A DNA stretch of 63,185 bases, counting the filler, from Licmophora abbreviata (lineage: Eukaryota): assembly GCA_900291995.1 (NCBI GenBank). It is 20 parts of 20 records of this genome, joined end to end, with 100 filler letters (N's around TTAATTAATTAA, not from the genome) between each part and the next. Parts side by side here need not be neighbours in the genome. Positions count along the whole stretch, not along the records: positions 8,826 to 10,636 come from OLMU01003778.1; positions 10,737 to 13,891 come from OLMU01003779.1; positions 13,992 to 15,378 come from OLMU01003780.1; positions 15,479 to 17,266 come from OLMU01003781.1; positions 17,367 to 19,011 come from OLMU01003782.1; positions 19,112 to 22,979 come from OLMU01003783.1; 14 more parts are not named here. One strand, 5' to 3'. Position 1 is the stretch's first letter; each line of letters opens with the position of its first letter. Positions 9,394-19,481 of this stretch are shown here, piece by piece. The position numbers and the translations under genes are program-made. Under the pieces are notes generated by a model that saw nothing but the letters and a program-made list of their open reading frames with translations, had not been told where the DNA came from and searched no databases.

Positions 9394-9963
9394 CTAACGG
9401 CGAAGAATGCGGATATCCCTCTCGCGCATCTGCGTGTCGACGAAGCCGTATTCGTCGAGGCTGAGGCGGCGGTGACGTGGATAGACGGGATCGCTGCGAT
9501 CGTCCAACACCGGCGTGTGCTGCCAGCCTCCCGTCGTGTCGAAAAAGCGTCGGGCGCCGTCTTCTCCGAATTCCCGCAGATAGCCCTGCACGACCACATC
9601 GATATAGCTCAAGAGGGCAGGGTGCGTTTCGGTCGGCACATCATGGCGGCCCTCAGAGATCGTGTAGACCGCGATATCGGGACTGTGGGCCAGAGTATGG
9701 GTGACCTGATGCGCGGCGGCGACCCTGTCATAGGCCCGCTCGCGCGCGTCGAGGGCCGCCCAATCCTGTCCGGGAACAGCGGCGATCAGCCCGTCGATAC
9801 GGGATGTCTCGTCCGGAATGACCGTGAGATAGGCCACCTTTCTCAGCGAGGTATGCCGCCACACGCGGCGCCATCCGCTGAGCTGCGCGGTATGCGCTTC
9901 CTTGAAGTCATGCGTGTCGCGGTTCACTAGGCTGCCATATCCGAAGAAATATGCATGTCCCAT
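9394..9963 (-). CDS. Gamma-glutamylcyclotransferase (GGCT/ChaC-like) family protein
   Basis: N-terminal YFFGYGSLVN, GWRRVW and LDARERAY. Confidence 0.82.
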   Translation of the reverse strand: MGHAYFFGYGSLVNRDTHDFKEAHTAQLSGWRRVWRHTSLRKVAYLTVIPDETSRIDGLIAAVPGQDWAALDARERAYDRVAAAHQVTHTLAHSPDIAVYTISEGRHDVPTETHPALLSYIDVVVQGYLREFGEDGARRFFDTTGGWQHTPVLDDRSDPVYPRHRRLSLDEYGFVDTQMRERDIRILRR

Positions 9964-9982
9964 GTATATTTTCCTGCACCGC

Positions 9983-9996
9983 TTGATCTGCATCAT
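9983..9996. promoter_or_regulatory. FNR/FnrL/DNR-type box TTGAT-N4-ATCAT
   Basis: 9/10 match to TTGAT-N4-ATCAA in the divergent intergenic region, about 60 bp upstream of the Rrf2 gene. Confidence 0.55.
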
Positions 9997-10056
9997 GTCC
10001 TGCTGACGTGTTTGACCTCAGGATGGATTGAATTCAAGCAAAGGGTCACAAACGGA

Positions 10057-10509
10057 ATGCGCATCACGAAACGCACGAATATCGCCATTCGCATTCTCAT
10101 GTTCTGTGGCGCCAATATCGACCGGCTGGTCACCAAATCCGAGATCGCGGCGCGCTGCAACACGTCCGAAAGTCACTTGGCGCAAGTCATCAACCGTCTG
10201 GCGCAGCTTGATTTTCTGCACACCCAACGTGGTCGGAGCGGCGGAATCGCCTTGGCTCGCCCCATGACTGAGATCGTCATCGGGGATGTGTTCCGCCAGC
10301 TCGAAGCGAACGTTCCTATCGCCGAGTGCTTCGCCGATGTGGACAATACCTGCCCGCTGGTCACCGCCTGCCGTTTGCGGCATGCCATCGCGGACGCGGC
10401 AGAGGCTTTTTATGCGCATCTCGACAAAATCACGCTGGATGTGCTGGTTTGTGACAACGTCGCGCTGATGGATATTTTCATGCCGGGGCGCTGCGTGAAA
10501 CAGGCTTGA
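10057..10509 (+). CDS. Rrf2-family transcriptional regulator, NsrR-like (3 Cys)
   Basis: Winged HTH (SESHLAQVINRL...RGRSGGIALAR) and ECF...NTCPLVTACRL Fe-S ligands. Confidence 0.88.
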   Translation: MRITKRTNIAIRILMFCGANIDRLVTKSEIAARCNTSESHLAQVINRLAQLDFLHTQRGRSGGIALARPMTEIVIGDVFRQLEANVPIAECFADVDNTCPLVTACRLRHAIADAAEAFYAHLDKITLDVLVCDNVALMDIFMPGRCVKQA

Positions 10510-10534
10510 AGTCACCGATTTCGTATACTAGCTT
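10506..10534 (+). promoter_or_regulatory. Putative sigma70 promoter of the gcv leader (TTGAAG-17-TAGCTT)
   Basis: 17-bp spacing, located just upstream of the riboswitch. Confidence 0.5.
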
Positions 10535-10542
10535 GCCGCCAT

Positions 10543-10636
10543 ATCGTATCGGGAGAACCGGCCAGTCCGGTGCCGAAGGAGCAACCGCCCCGGAAACTCT
10601 CAGGCCCAAGGGACCGATGCGATTTCAGAACTCTGG
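10543..10636 (+). ncRNA. Glycine riboswitch (first aptamer complete, second truncated by gap)
   Basis: GGGAGA...CCGAAGGAGCAA...GGAAACTCTCAGG...GGACCG, then CTCTGG at the start of the second aptamer. Upstream of gcvTHP. Confidence 0.92.
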
Positions 10637-10736
10637 NNNNNNNNNNNNNNNNNNNNNNNNNNNNNNNNNNNNNNNNNNNNTTAATTAATTAANNNNNNNN
10701 NNNNNNNNNNNNNNNNNNNNNNNNNNNNNNNNNNNN

Positions 10737-11432
10737 GACCGCGCCTTGCTGGCGCTGCAGGGGCCGCAGGCCGAAGAGATTCTGGCGGGCATTGTGCCCG
10801 GCGTGGGGGATATGCGCTTCATGGACGTGGCCGTGTTTGAAAGCTCCTTCGGGGCACTTTGGGTGTCGCGCTCGGGCTATACCGGAGAGGACGGGTTCGA
10901 GATTTCTGTCGAGACCGCGTATGCCGAGGCACTCGCGCGAGCCCTGCTGGCTCATGACGCGGTAGAGCCGATCGGTCTTGGGGCGCGTGACAGCCTTCGG
11001 CTGGAGGCCGGGCTTTGCCTTTACGGTCACGACATCGACGAGACGACCACCCCGATCGAGGCGGCCCTTGGCTGGGCCATCCAGAAGGTGCGCCGTCGCG
11101 GTGGGGCCCGCGAGGGCGGGTTTCCCGGCGCCGCTGTGATCCTCGATCAATTGGAAAACGGCGCTCCGCGACAGCGGGTCGGGCTGCGACCCGAAGGCCG
11201 CGCACCGATGCGCGAAGGGACGGAGCTGTTCGAAACGGAGGGCGCTGGCACAGCTGTCGGCCGCGTCACATCGGGTGCCTTCGGTCCGACCATCGGCGCC
11301 CCGATGTCGATGGGATATGTGCCGGCGGCGCTGGCCAGTCCCGAAACCCGCCTGCATGGCGATGTCAGGGGCAAACACATGCCGGTGACAGTGGCCAAGC
11401 TGCCCTTCACACCCGCCAATTTCAAACGCTGA
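10737..11432 (+). CDS. gcvT: Glycine cleavage aminomethyltransferase T (5' end in gap)
   Basis: [19 protein letters not shown] and [18 protein letters not shown]. Confidence 0.95.
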   Translation, partial: DRALLALQGPQAEEILAGIVPGVGDMRFMDVAVFESSFGALWVSRSGYTGEDGFEISVETAYAEALARALLAHDAVEPIGLGARDSLRLEAGLCLYGHDIDETTTPIEAALGWAIQKVRRRGGAREGGFPGAAVILDQLENGAPRQRVGLRPEGRAPMREGTELFETEGAGTAVGRVTSGAFGPTIGAPMSMGYVPAALASPETRLHGDVRGKHMPVTVAKLPFTPANFKR

Positions 11433-11451
11433 AACTCAGGGAGAGCGAGAA

Positions 11452-11814
11452 ATGAAATTCACCGAAGAACACGAATGGTTGCGCAACGACGAGGATGACG
11501 TGGTCGTTGTCGGCATCACCGAACATGCCAGCGAGCAGTTGGGCGATGTGGTGTTCGTGGAACTGCCCGAGATCGGCACGATGGTGGCCAAGGGCGATGA
11601 GATCGTCGTGATCGAAAGCGTCAAGGCGGCCAGCGATATCCTTGCCCCGATTGACGGCGAGATCGTCGAGATCAACGAGGTGCTGATCGACGATCCGGCC
11701 AAGGTGAATTCCGATCCGCTTGGGGATGCGTGGTTTTTCAAGATCAAGGCCACCGATCCGTCCCAGATGAACGAGTACATGGACGAAGATGCCTATCAGT
11801 CGTTCATCGGCTGA
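11452..11814 (+). CDS. gcvH: Glycine cleavage H protein
   Basis: HEW, GIT...[10 protein letters not shown] and lipoyl-Lys motif ESVKAASD. Confidence 0.96.
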   Translation: MKFTEEHEWLRNDEDDVVVVGITEHASEQLGDVVFVELPEIGTMVAKGDEIVVIESVKAASDILAPIDGEIVEINEVLIDDPAKVNSDPLGDAWFFKIKATDPSQMNEYMDEDAYQSFIG

Positions 11815-11899
11815 TCGTGGCCGCCTTTGGCGGCACCATTTCGCAAAAGGGTAAAGTGCATGCCGCGTGCCGGCCTTTATCCGTGACAGCAAGAGGGAC

Positions 11900-14694
11900 A
11901 TGATGCCTTTCGAACCGACCGATTATCTGCCCTATGACTTCGCCAACCGTCGCCATATCGGCCCCTCCCCGCAGGAAATGGCCGATATGCTGGACGTTCT
12001 GGGCACGGACAGCCTGCAGACGCTGATCGATGAAACCATACCGAAATCGATCCGTCAGGAGACGCCACTGGATTTCGGCAAGCCGATGTCCGAAAGTGAG
12101 CTGCTGCACCACATGCGCGAGGTGGCCAGCCGCAACAAGGTGCTGACCTCGCTGATCGGGCAGGGGTATCATGGCACGGTCACACCTCCGGCAATTCAGC
12201 GCAATATCTTGGAAAATCCGGCTTGGTATACCGCCTATACACCCTATCAGCCCGAGATCAGCCAGGGGCGGCTCGAGGCGCTTTTGAACTTTCAGACCAT
12301 GGTCAGCGATCTGACAGGGCTCGAAATCGCCAATGCCTCGTTGCTTGACGAGGCGACCGCTGCGGCAGAGGCAATGACCATGGCGCAGCGTGTGGCCAAA
12401 TCCAAGGCCAAGGCATTTTTCGTCGATGAGAATTGCCATCCGCAGAACATCGCCGTGATGCGCACCCGCGCGGAACCGCTGGATATCGAACTGGTGGTCG
12501 GCGCCCCGGAGACGCTGAACCCCGAGCAAGTGTTCGGCGCGATCTTTCAGTATCCCGGCACCTATGGGCATCTGCGCGATTTCACCGATGAAATGGCAGC
12601 CCTGCACGGGGCCGGGGCGATTGGCATCGTTATCGCCGATCCGATGGCCTTGACCCTGCTGAAAGAGCCGGGCGCCATGGGGGCCGATATCGCTGTGGGA
12701 TCGACGCAGCGATTTGGCGTGCCGATGGGCTTTGGGGGGCCGCATGCGGCCTATATCGCGACCAAGGACAGCTACAAGCGCGCCCTGCCGGGCCGTCTGG
12801 TCGGCGTGTCGGTCGACAGTCATGGAAACCGCGCCTACCGGCTGGCCCTTCAGACCCGCGAGCAGCATATCCGCCGTGAAAAGGCGACCTCGAATGTCTG
12901 CACCGCGCAGGCGCTGCTGGCGGTTATGGCGTCGATGTATGCGGTGTTCCATGGTCCCAAAGGTCTCAAGGCCATCGCGCAGCGCATTCACCGCAAGACG
13001 GTGCGTCTGGCCAAGGGGCTGGAGGCGGCGGGCTTCAAGGTCCAACCGGATCAGTTCTTCGACACGATCACGGTGGATGTGGGCCTCTTGCAGCGTGGCG
13101 TTCTTCAGGCGGCGGTCCGTGAAGGGGTGAACCTGCGCCGCGTGGGCGACACCAAGATCGGTATAACGCTGGATGAACGCACGCGCCCCGCCACGATCGA
13201 AGCCGTCTGGCGGGCCTTTGGGATCATCATGCAGGACGGTGATTTTACGTCCGAATACCGCATGCCGGATGGTTTGCTGCGCCGATCCGAATATCTGACC
13301 CACCCGATTTTCCACATGAACCGCGCCGAAACCGAGATGATGCGCTACATGCGCCGCCTTGCGGACCGCGATCTGGCGCTTGACCGCGCGATGATCCCGC
13401 TTGGCTCATGCACCATGAAACTGAATTCGGCAGCCGAGATGATGCCCGTCAGCTGGAATGAATTCTCGTTGCTGCATCCTTTCGTGCCCGCCGATCAGGC
13501 CAAGGGGTATCATGACCTGATCGAAGACCTGAATGCCAAGCTGTGCGAGATCACCGGTTATGCCGCCATCTCGATGCAGCCCAATTCCGGCGCGCAGGGC
13601 GAATATGCCGGGCTTCTGACCATTGCCGCTTATCACCGCGCCAACGGTCAGGGCCATCGCAAGGTCTGCCTCATTCCGATGAGCGCGCATGGCACAAACC
13701 CGGCCAGCGCGCAGATGGTCGGCTGGGATGTGGTGGTCATCAAGTCCGATGAGAACGGCGATATCGATCTCGCCGATTTCCGCGCCAAGGCCGAGGCGCA
13801 TTCGGACAATCTGGCCGGCTGCATGATCACCTATCCTTCTACGCACGGTGTGTTCGAGGAAACGGTCAAGGAGGTCTGCGAGATCACCCATNNNNNNNNN
13901 NNNNNNNNNNNNNNNNNNNNNNNNNNNNNNNNNNNTTAATTAATTAANNNNNNNNNNNNNNNNNNNNNNNNNNNNNNNNNNNNNNNNNNNNTGTGAAAGA
14001 GCATCTGGCGCCGTTCCTCCCCGGGCATCCTGTCACAGGAGGCACGCAGGGTCCTGTGTCAGCTGCGCCTTTCGGGTCTCCGTCGCTTCTGCCGATCAGC
14101 TGGGCCTATTGCCTCATGATGGGCGGCGAGGGTTTGACACAAGCGACGCGGGTGGCCATCCTGAACGCCAACTACATCGCCAAGCGCCTCGAAGGCGCCT
14201 ATGAGGTGCTCTACAAAGGGCGCAACGGGCGCGTGGCGCATGAATGCATAATCGACACCCGCCCCTTCGCCGACAGCGCCGGTGTCACGGTGGACGATAT
14301 CGCCAAGCGCCTTGTCGATTGTGGCTTTCACGCCCCGACAATGAGCTGGCCCGTCGCGGGAACCTTGATGGTCGAACCTACGGAATCCGAAACCAAGGCC
14401 GAACTGGACCGGTTCTGCGATGCGATGCTGGCCATCCGGCAGGAGATCCGTGCCATCGAAGAAGGTCGCATCGACCGCGAGAACAATCCGCTCAAGAATG
14501 CGCCGCATACGGTGGAAGATCTCGTGGGGGATTGGGACAGGCCCTATAGCCGCGAACAGGGATGTTTCCCGCCCGGTGCGTTCCGCGTGGACAAGTATTG
14601 GCCGCCTGTCAATCGGGTGGACAATGTCTATGGCGACCGGCACCTCGTGTGCACCTGTCCTCCGGTGGAAAGTTACGCCGAAGCCGCTGAATGA
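11900..14694 (+). CDS. gcvP: Glycine dehydrogenase (decarboxylating) P protein (split by gap 13892-13991)
   Basis: [44 protein letters not shown] and RVDNVYGDR. Confidence 0.96.
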
Positions 14695-14815
14695 GCGGTA
14701 TCTGACGATGTCGGTGGCCCTCTGAGGCCGCCGACTGCTCACGATTAAGAGCGAGCTACGTCCCGCGGCGGGATCGGGACTAATCGCGATCTGCCCCAGA
14801 CCGATTGTTCAGACG

Positions 14816-16950
14816 TTATTCCCGTGACCGAAGGATACGCGCAGGACGGGCCTGCATGGGGGCCCACGCAAAGCCCAGACCTGCCAGAAGGCTGACCATC
14901 GCTCCCCCTGTCACGATCAGCAGGGCCGAGGTCCAGGCAATCTCGAAATCGGTATCCATGATGAAATGGCTCACCGCCCAACCTCCGGTAATCCCCGCCG
15001 CAAGTGCCACGATCCCCGCCGCCGCCCCCAGAAGCGACGCGCGCAAGGCAAGGCTCGCCAAGATCTGCGCGCGGGACGCGCCGATGGTTTTCAGGATCGC
15101 CGCCTCTCGGGTGCGGGCGGTCTGGTCTGCGGCGGCAGCACCGATCAGCACCAGAAAGCCGGTCAGCAAGGTCGCCGCTGCCCCCCATGCGGTGGCCGAG
15201 GCCAGCCCTGCCAGAAGGTCCGACACCTGATCGATCGCATCGCGCACCCGGATCGCCGTGATGTTGGGAAATTTGCCCGAGAGGTCATTGAGGATCGCAG
15301 CTTCGGCCGGCGCTTCGGCATAGACCGTTGAGATGAAGGTATGCGGTGCTCCGGCGATCGCTGCGGGGTTGAGAAGCANNNNNNNNNNNNNNNNNNNNNN
15401 NNNNNNNNNNNNNNNNNNNNNNTTAATTAATTAANNNNNNNNNNNNNNNNNNNNNNNNNNNNNNNNNNNNNNNNNNNNACCGAAAGGCCCAAGCCGAGGG
15501 ACAGCACGACCGGCCCTGCCGTGGTGCCCGGTCCGCCGATCGCGGCCAGTGCCCAGCCAAGCGAGGGCCGCCCGCGCATGACCGGTTTCAGCAGTCGGGC
15601 AAGCTGTTTAATCCCGATTGCGGCCAAGCTCAGAAGCGCCAGTGATCCCACGATCCCGCCCGCTGTCCATAGCGACAGCCGCGCATCCCCGGAAAACCAT
15701 ATGGCTGCCGAAAGAAGGGCCGTGACCAACACCGCAATCGCGACCAGATATGGCCATCGGGGCAGGATGCGCCCTGTTTCCATAGCATCGCGAAACAGCG
15801 TGGCCGCCCGAATATCCTGAGCGCGGGCCAGCGGCCAGAGCGTGAAGATCAGAACCGTTAGCGCACTGTAGAGCACCGCCTCGGCGATAGGTCCGGGATA
15901 GGCGCCGAAAACGGCGGGCACCGGCAGACGGGCTTCGATCAGCGGTGACAGCAAGACCGGAATGCCGACACCAAGCATCAGGCCAACCGCCAGCCCAAGG
16001 CAGGCCAGAACGCCGATCTGGAAAAAGTAGGTCAGAAAGATCGTTTGCCGGTCGGCGCCAAGTGTGCGCAGCGTTGCGATGGTTTCGGTTTTCGTGGCCA
16101 GATACGCCCTGAGCGCTGCAGATATTCCGACGCCACCTACCGCGAGGCCCGACAGGCCCACAAGGATCAGAAAGGCGCCAAGCCGATTGACGAACTCTTC
16201 CACTTGCGGCGCGCCGTTGCGCGCGTCGCGCCAGCGCAGGCCGCTATCTGGAAAAGCCGCTTCAGCCTCGGCGCCGATGGCGTCCAGATCGGCTCCCACT
16301 GGCAGATCGAGACGATACTCGGTCGAAAAAAGCGATCCCGGCGCCAAGAGCCCGGAGGCGCCAAGTGCCTCGGTTCTCACGATGGTCCGTGGCCCCAGGG
16401 TGAAGCCTCCGGCAGCATTATCCGGCTCGCGCAGGATTTCTGCGGATAGAATGAAATCCTGAGTGCCGAGCTTGAAAATGTCGCCCGGTTCCAGCCCCAG
16501 CTTGTTGGTCAGAATGGGATGCATCACCGCACCGGGCAATCCGTCGCGCCCGTCCAAAGCCTGCGCGAGGGGCATGTCGGGCTGCAATTCCACGCGCCCA
16601 AGCAAAGGATAGGCCGCATCGACGGATTTGATCTGGGTAAGGCCGCGTTCGCCATCCGGTGCTATGGCCATCGAGCGGAAATCTGCAATCTCGGACACCG
16701 CATCGGCTGTCTCGTCCATCCAGGCGCGTTCGGCGTCGGTGGCGAAACGATAGGTCAACTCGATCGACGCATCCCCGCCCAGAAGCGTGGCGCCTTCCCG
16801 CCCAAGGCCAACGGTGATGCTTTCGCGGACCGTTCCAACAGCGGCAATCGCCGCAACGCCGAGGATGACGCAGCCGAGGAAAATGCGAAATCCCCGCAGG
16901 CCGCCGCGCAGCTCCCGCCGGGCAAATCGCGCCGCGGTGACAAGGCTCAT
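14816..16950 (-). CDS. ABC transporter permease, YbbP/FtsX-like (split by gap 15379-15478)
   Basis: ARRELRGG N-terminus, LLGGD and two FtsX-type TM blocks ([18 protein letters not shown]). Confidence 0.88.
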
Positions 16951-17440
16951 GCGGGTACTCCGGCGCTTTCCGAAAGCCTGCCATCCACCAACTCCACGAC
17001 CCGGTCACAGCGCGCCGCCAGATCCGGGGCATGGGTCACAAGGATCATGGTGGCGCCATGCCGGCGGCTCAGATCGAATAAAAGCTCAATGATCGACGCA
17101 CCGGTCGCCCCGTCCAGATTGCCCGTCGGCTCGTCGGCAAGCACGATATCGGGGCGGGGGGCTGCGGCGCGGGCCAGCGCCACGCGCTGCTGCTCGCCAC
17201 CAGAGAGTTGCGAGGGGTAATGCTCGGCACGACCGGCGAGCCCGACAGCGGCCAATTCCTCGGCGGNNNNNNNNNNNNNNNNNNNNNNNNNNNNNNNNNN
17301 NNNNNNNNNNTTAATTAATTAANNNNNNNNNNNNNNNNNNNNNNNNNNNNNNNNNNNNNNNNNNNNAGTATCTGGACAAGCCCCGCGTTGCCTTGCAGCG
17401 ACAGCGTGGCATCCTTGAGTGAAATAACAGGATCGGTCAT
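16947..17440 (-). CDS. ABC transporter ATP-binding protein, YbbA-like (middle in gap)
   Basis: [24 protein letters not shown] and VTH. N-terminus [10 protein letters not shown] lies on the other side of the gap. Confidence 0.88.
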
Positions 17441-17489
17441 GGATTTCAGCCTGATTGCAAACGACTTTTTTGAATATGGTGTGTGGTCT

Positions 17490-18116
17490 ATGCGCGGCAA
17501 GGTTGCGACCGTGTTTCTTTTGGTCGCAACACCTGCGATGGCCGAGGATGTTACGGTGCTGGCCTTTGGCGACAGCCTGACACAAGGTTACGGCCTGCCC
17601 GAAGCGCAAGGGCTGGTGCCGCAGCTTGATGCCTGGCTCGCGGCGAACGGGGTTGAGGTTGACCTGATCAATGCAGGTGTATCGGGGGATACGACCGCCG
17701 GTGGGGCCGCGCGCGTGGATTGGAGCCTGACACCCGAAGTGGACGCGATGATCGTGACACTCGGCGGCAATGATCTGCTGCGCGGTCTTGATCCTTCAGG
17801 CGCTCGGAGCAACCTGCGTGCGATACTCGAATCGGCGCGCTCTCGTGACGTCGAGGTTCTTTTGGTGGGCATGAAGGCACCGGGCAATTACGGCGCCGAG
17901 TACCAGACCGCATTCGACAGCATCTATCCCGATCTGGCGCAGGAATTCGGCACGCTTTATTTCGAGAATTTCTTTGCCGGTCTGGGGCAGGATGATCCGG
18001 CGCAGGCCCGCCGTTATTTCCAGCCCGATGGAATTCATCCCAATTCGGAAGGCGTCGAGCGGATCGTGGAGGCGCTTGGACCTGCTGTTGTCGATCTCGT
18101 CCAGCGGGCTGAATGA
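17490..18116 (+). CDS. Arylesterase/acyl-CoA thioesterase I (GDSL/SGNH, TesA-like); alternative start 17439
   Basis: FGDSLTQG, NAGVSGDT, LGGND and DGIHPN. Divergent from ybbA, as in the known tesA-ybbAP locus. Confidence 0.9.
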   Translation: MRGKVATVFLLVATPAMAEDVTVLAFGDSLTQGYGLPEAQGLVPQLDAWLAANGVEVDLINAGVSGDTTAGGAARVDWSLTPEVDAMIVTLGGNDLLRGLDPSGARSNLRAILESARSRDVEVLLVGMKAPGNYGAEYQTAFDSIYPDLAQEFGTLYFENFFAGLGQDDPAQARRYFQPDGIHPNSEGVERIVEALGPAVVDLVQRAE

Positions 18117-18128
18117 ACTGCAGACAAC

Positions 18129-18155
18129 AAAAAACGGGCCCTATCGCGGGCCCGT
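18129..18155 (-). terminator. Intrinsic terminator of the first csp gene
   Basis: ACGGGCCC/GGGCCCGT hairpin followed by a U-run on the minus strand. Confidence 0.7.
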
Positions 18156-18180
18156 CAGATATTCTCGTGTGCGCGGCGGT

Positions 18181-18387
18181 TCAAGCCAGAGCGATGTTTG
18201 CCGCGGATTCGCGGCCGTCGCGGCCTGCTTCGATGTCGAAGGTCACTTTCTGATTGTCCGCAAGACCAGTCAGACCAGCGCGTTCCACTGCCGAGATATG
18301 CACGAAGACGTCTTTGCCGCCACCTTCAGGCGCGATGAAGCCGTAACCTTTGGTGGTGTTGAACCATTTGACGGTGCCGTTGGCCAT
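18181..18387 (-). CDS. Cold-shock protein (CspA family), paralogue 1
   Basis: GTVKWFN, KGYGFI (RNP1), VFVHIS (RNP2). RBS AAGGAG. Confidence 0.96.
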   Translation of the reverse strand: MANGTVKWFNTTKGYGFIAPEGGGKDVFVHISAVERAGLTGLADNQKVTFDIEAGRDGRESAANIALA

Positions 18388-18509
18388 CCGTTTTCTCCTT
18401 TTGATGTTGCTGCCCGCTTCAGTGCGGCAGCCCGGCGCAGTCAGAGCAAGATCGAGTGACAGCGCCGTGGTCGGAGCAGATGGTCGATAGAGGTAACGTC
18501 GCGGTAGGC

Positions 18510-18538
18510 AATATGGAACTGGCCTTGGTCCTCTTCAA
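18510..18538 (-). promoter_or_regulatory. Putative sigma70 promoter of csp paralogue 1 (TTGAAG-17-CATATT)
   Basis: 17-bp spacing; implies a leader of about 115 nt. Confidence 0.55.
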
Positions 18539-18588
18539 GAGAAAATAGACCAAAAAAGTGATGGGGCATTGCGCCCATCACCCAATGC

Positions 18589-19281
18589 TCAAAGGACGGT
18601 CACGACTGTTCCGATGGGAACCCGCTCGTAGAGATCCTGGACATGCTCGTTGAGCATCCGGATGCAGCCGTTCGATACTGATCGCCCGATGGACCGCGGC
18701 GCGTTGGTGCCGTGAATGCGGAAATAGGTGTCGCGCCCGTTCTGGAACAGGTACAGCGCTCTTGCTCCAAGGGGATTTTCCGGTCCGCCGGGCTGCACAT
18801 AATCATTGCCCTTGAAACGTCCATAAGCACTGGGATCGCGCTCGATCATCTCGTCGGTGGGGCGCCAGGTGGGCCATTTTTTCTTGACGTCGATGGTGGC
18901 GGTGCCGGTGAATTGGAGGCCGGCTTTGCCGACGCCGACGCCGTAGCGGATGGCCTCGTTGGGGGCGGTCACAAAGTAGAGGAAATGCGCGCGCGGCAGG
19001 ACGAGCATTTGNNNNNNNNNNNNNNNNNNNNNNNNNNNNNNNNNNNNNNNNNNNNTTAATTAATTAANNNNNNNNNNNNNNNNNNNNNNNNNNNNNNNNN
19101 NNNNNNNNNNNAAGTAGAGGAAATGCGCGCGCGGCAGGACGAGCATTTGGCCGGGCGCGAATTGGCTGGAGATGCTCACCGTGGTGGGCTTGAATTTCTC
19201 TTCCAGCTCAAAGGCTTGAGCTGCAGCAGGCAGTGCGGTGGCGGCAAGGCCGGTCGCGATGAAATGACGACGGTTGAGCAT
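18589..19281 (-). CDS. L,D-transpeptidase (YkuD/ErfK) with Tat signal; contig ends overlap across gap 19012-19111
   Basis: NRRHFI Tat motif, NPLGARALYL and RIHGT...SNGCIRM catalytic motif. Confidence 0.92.
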
Positions 19282-19372
19282 ATGAGGTCCCCTTCAAAAC
19301 ACACGCCGACGTATAGAATGCCACCCCGCGCCGAAAAAATCAAAACCCGGTGATCGGCGCGAAAATCCGCTG

Positions 19373-19416
19373 CGGTATGGCATCGGTATCACGTTGGTAT
19401 CACATCGGTGCAGCGC
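19373..19416. repeat. 11-bp-period degenerate tandem repeat (CGGTATGGCAT/CGGTATCACGT/TGGTATCACAT/CGGTGCAGCGC)
   Basis: Read directly in the divergent intergenic region upstream of the BrnA-like gene. Confidence 0.7.
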
Positions 19417-19481
19417 GCGCTGCGGCAGGCGCCTGTTAACCCTTTGCCAGGCATGTTTGCCGGGCAGGATGGAGACAGAAC

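Noticed and set aside
14695..14815. Nested inverted repeats (CGATTA...GTCCCG/CGGGAC...TAATCG) between convergent gcvP and the permease
   Set aside because: Short stems, single copy and no recognisable RNA family; consistent with chance or a weak terminator.
17438..17441. Overlapping divergent start codons of the ybbA-like and tesA-like genes
   Set aside because: A tight or overlapping divergent arrangement is already known for tesA-ybbA, and the esterase probably starts at 17490.
18974..19149. 38-bp direct repeat flanking the gap in the L,D-transpeptidase gene
   Set aside because: Identical sequence on both sides of the gap is an unmerged contig overlap. The same applies at 41623-41671/41772-41820 (49 bp) and 57627-57671/57772-57816 (45 bp).
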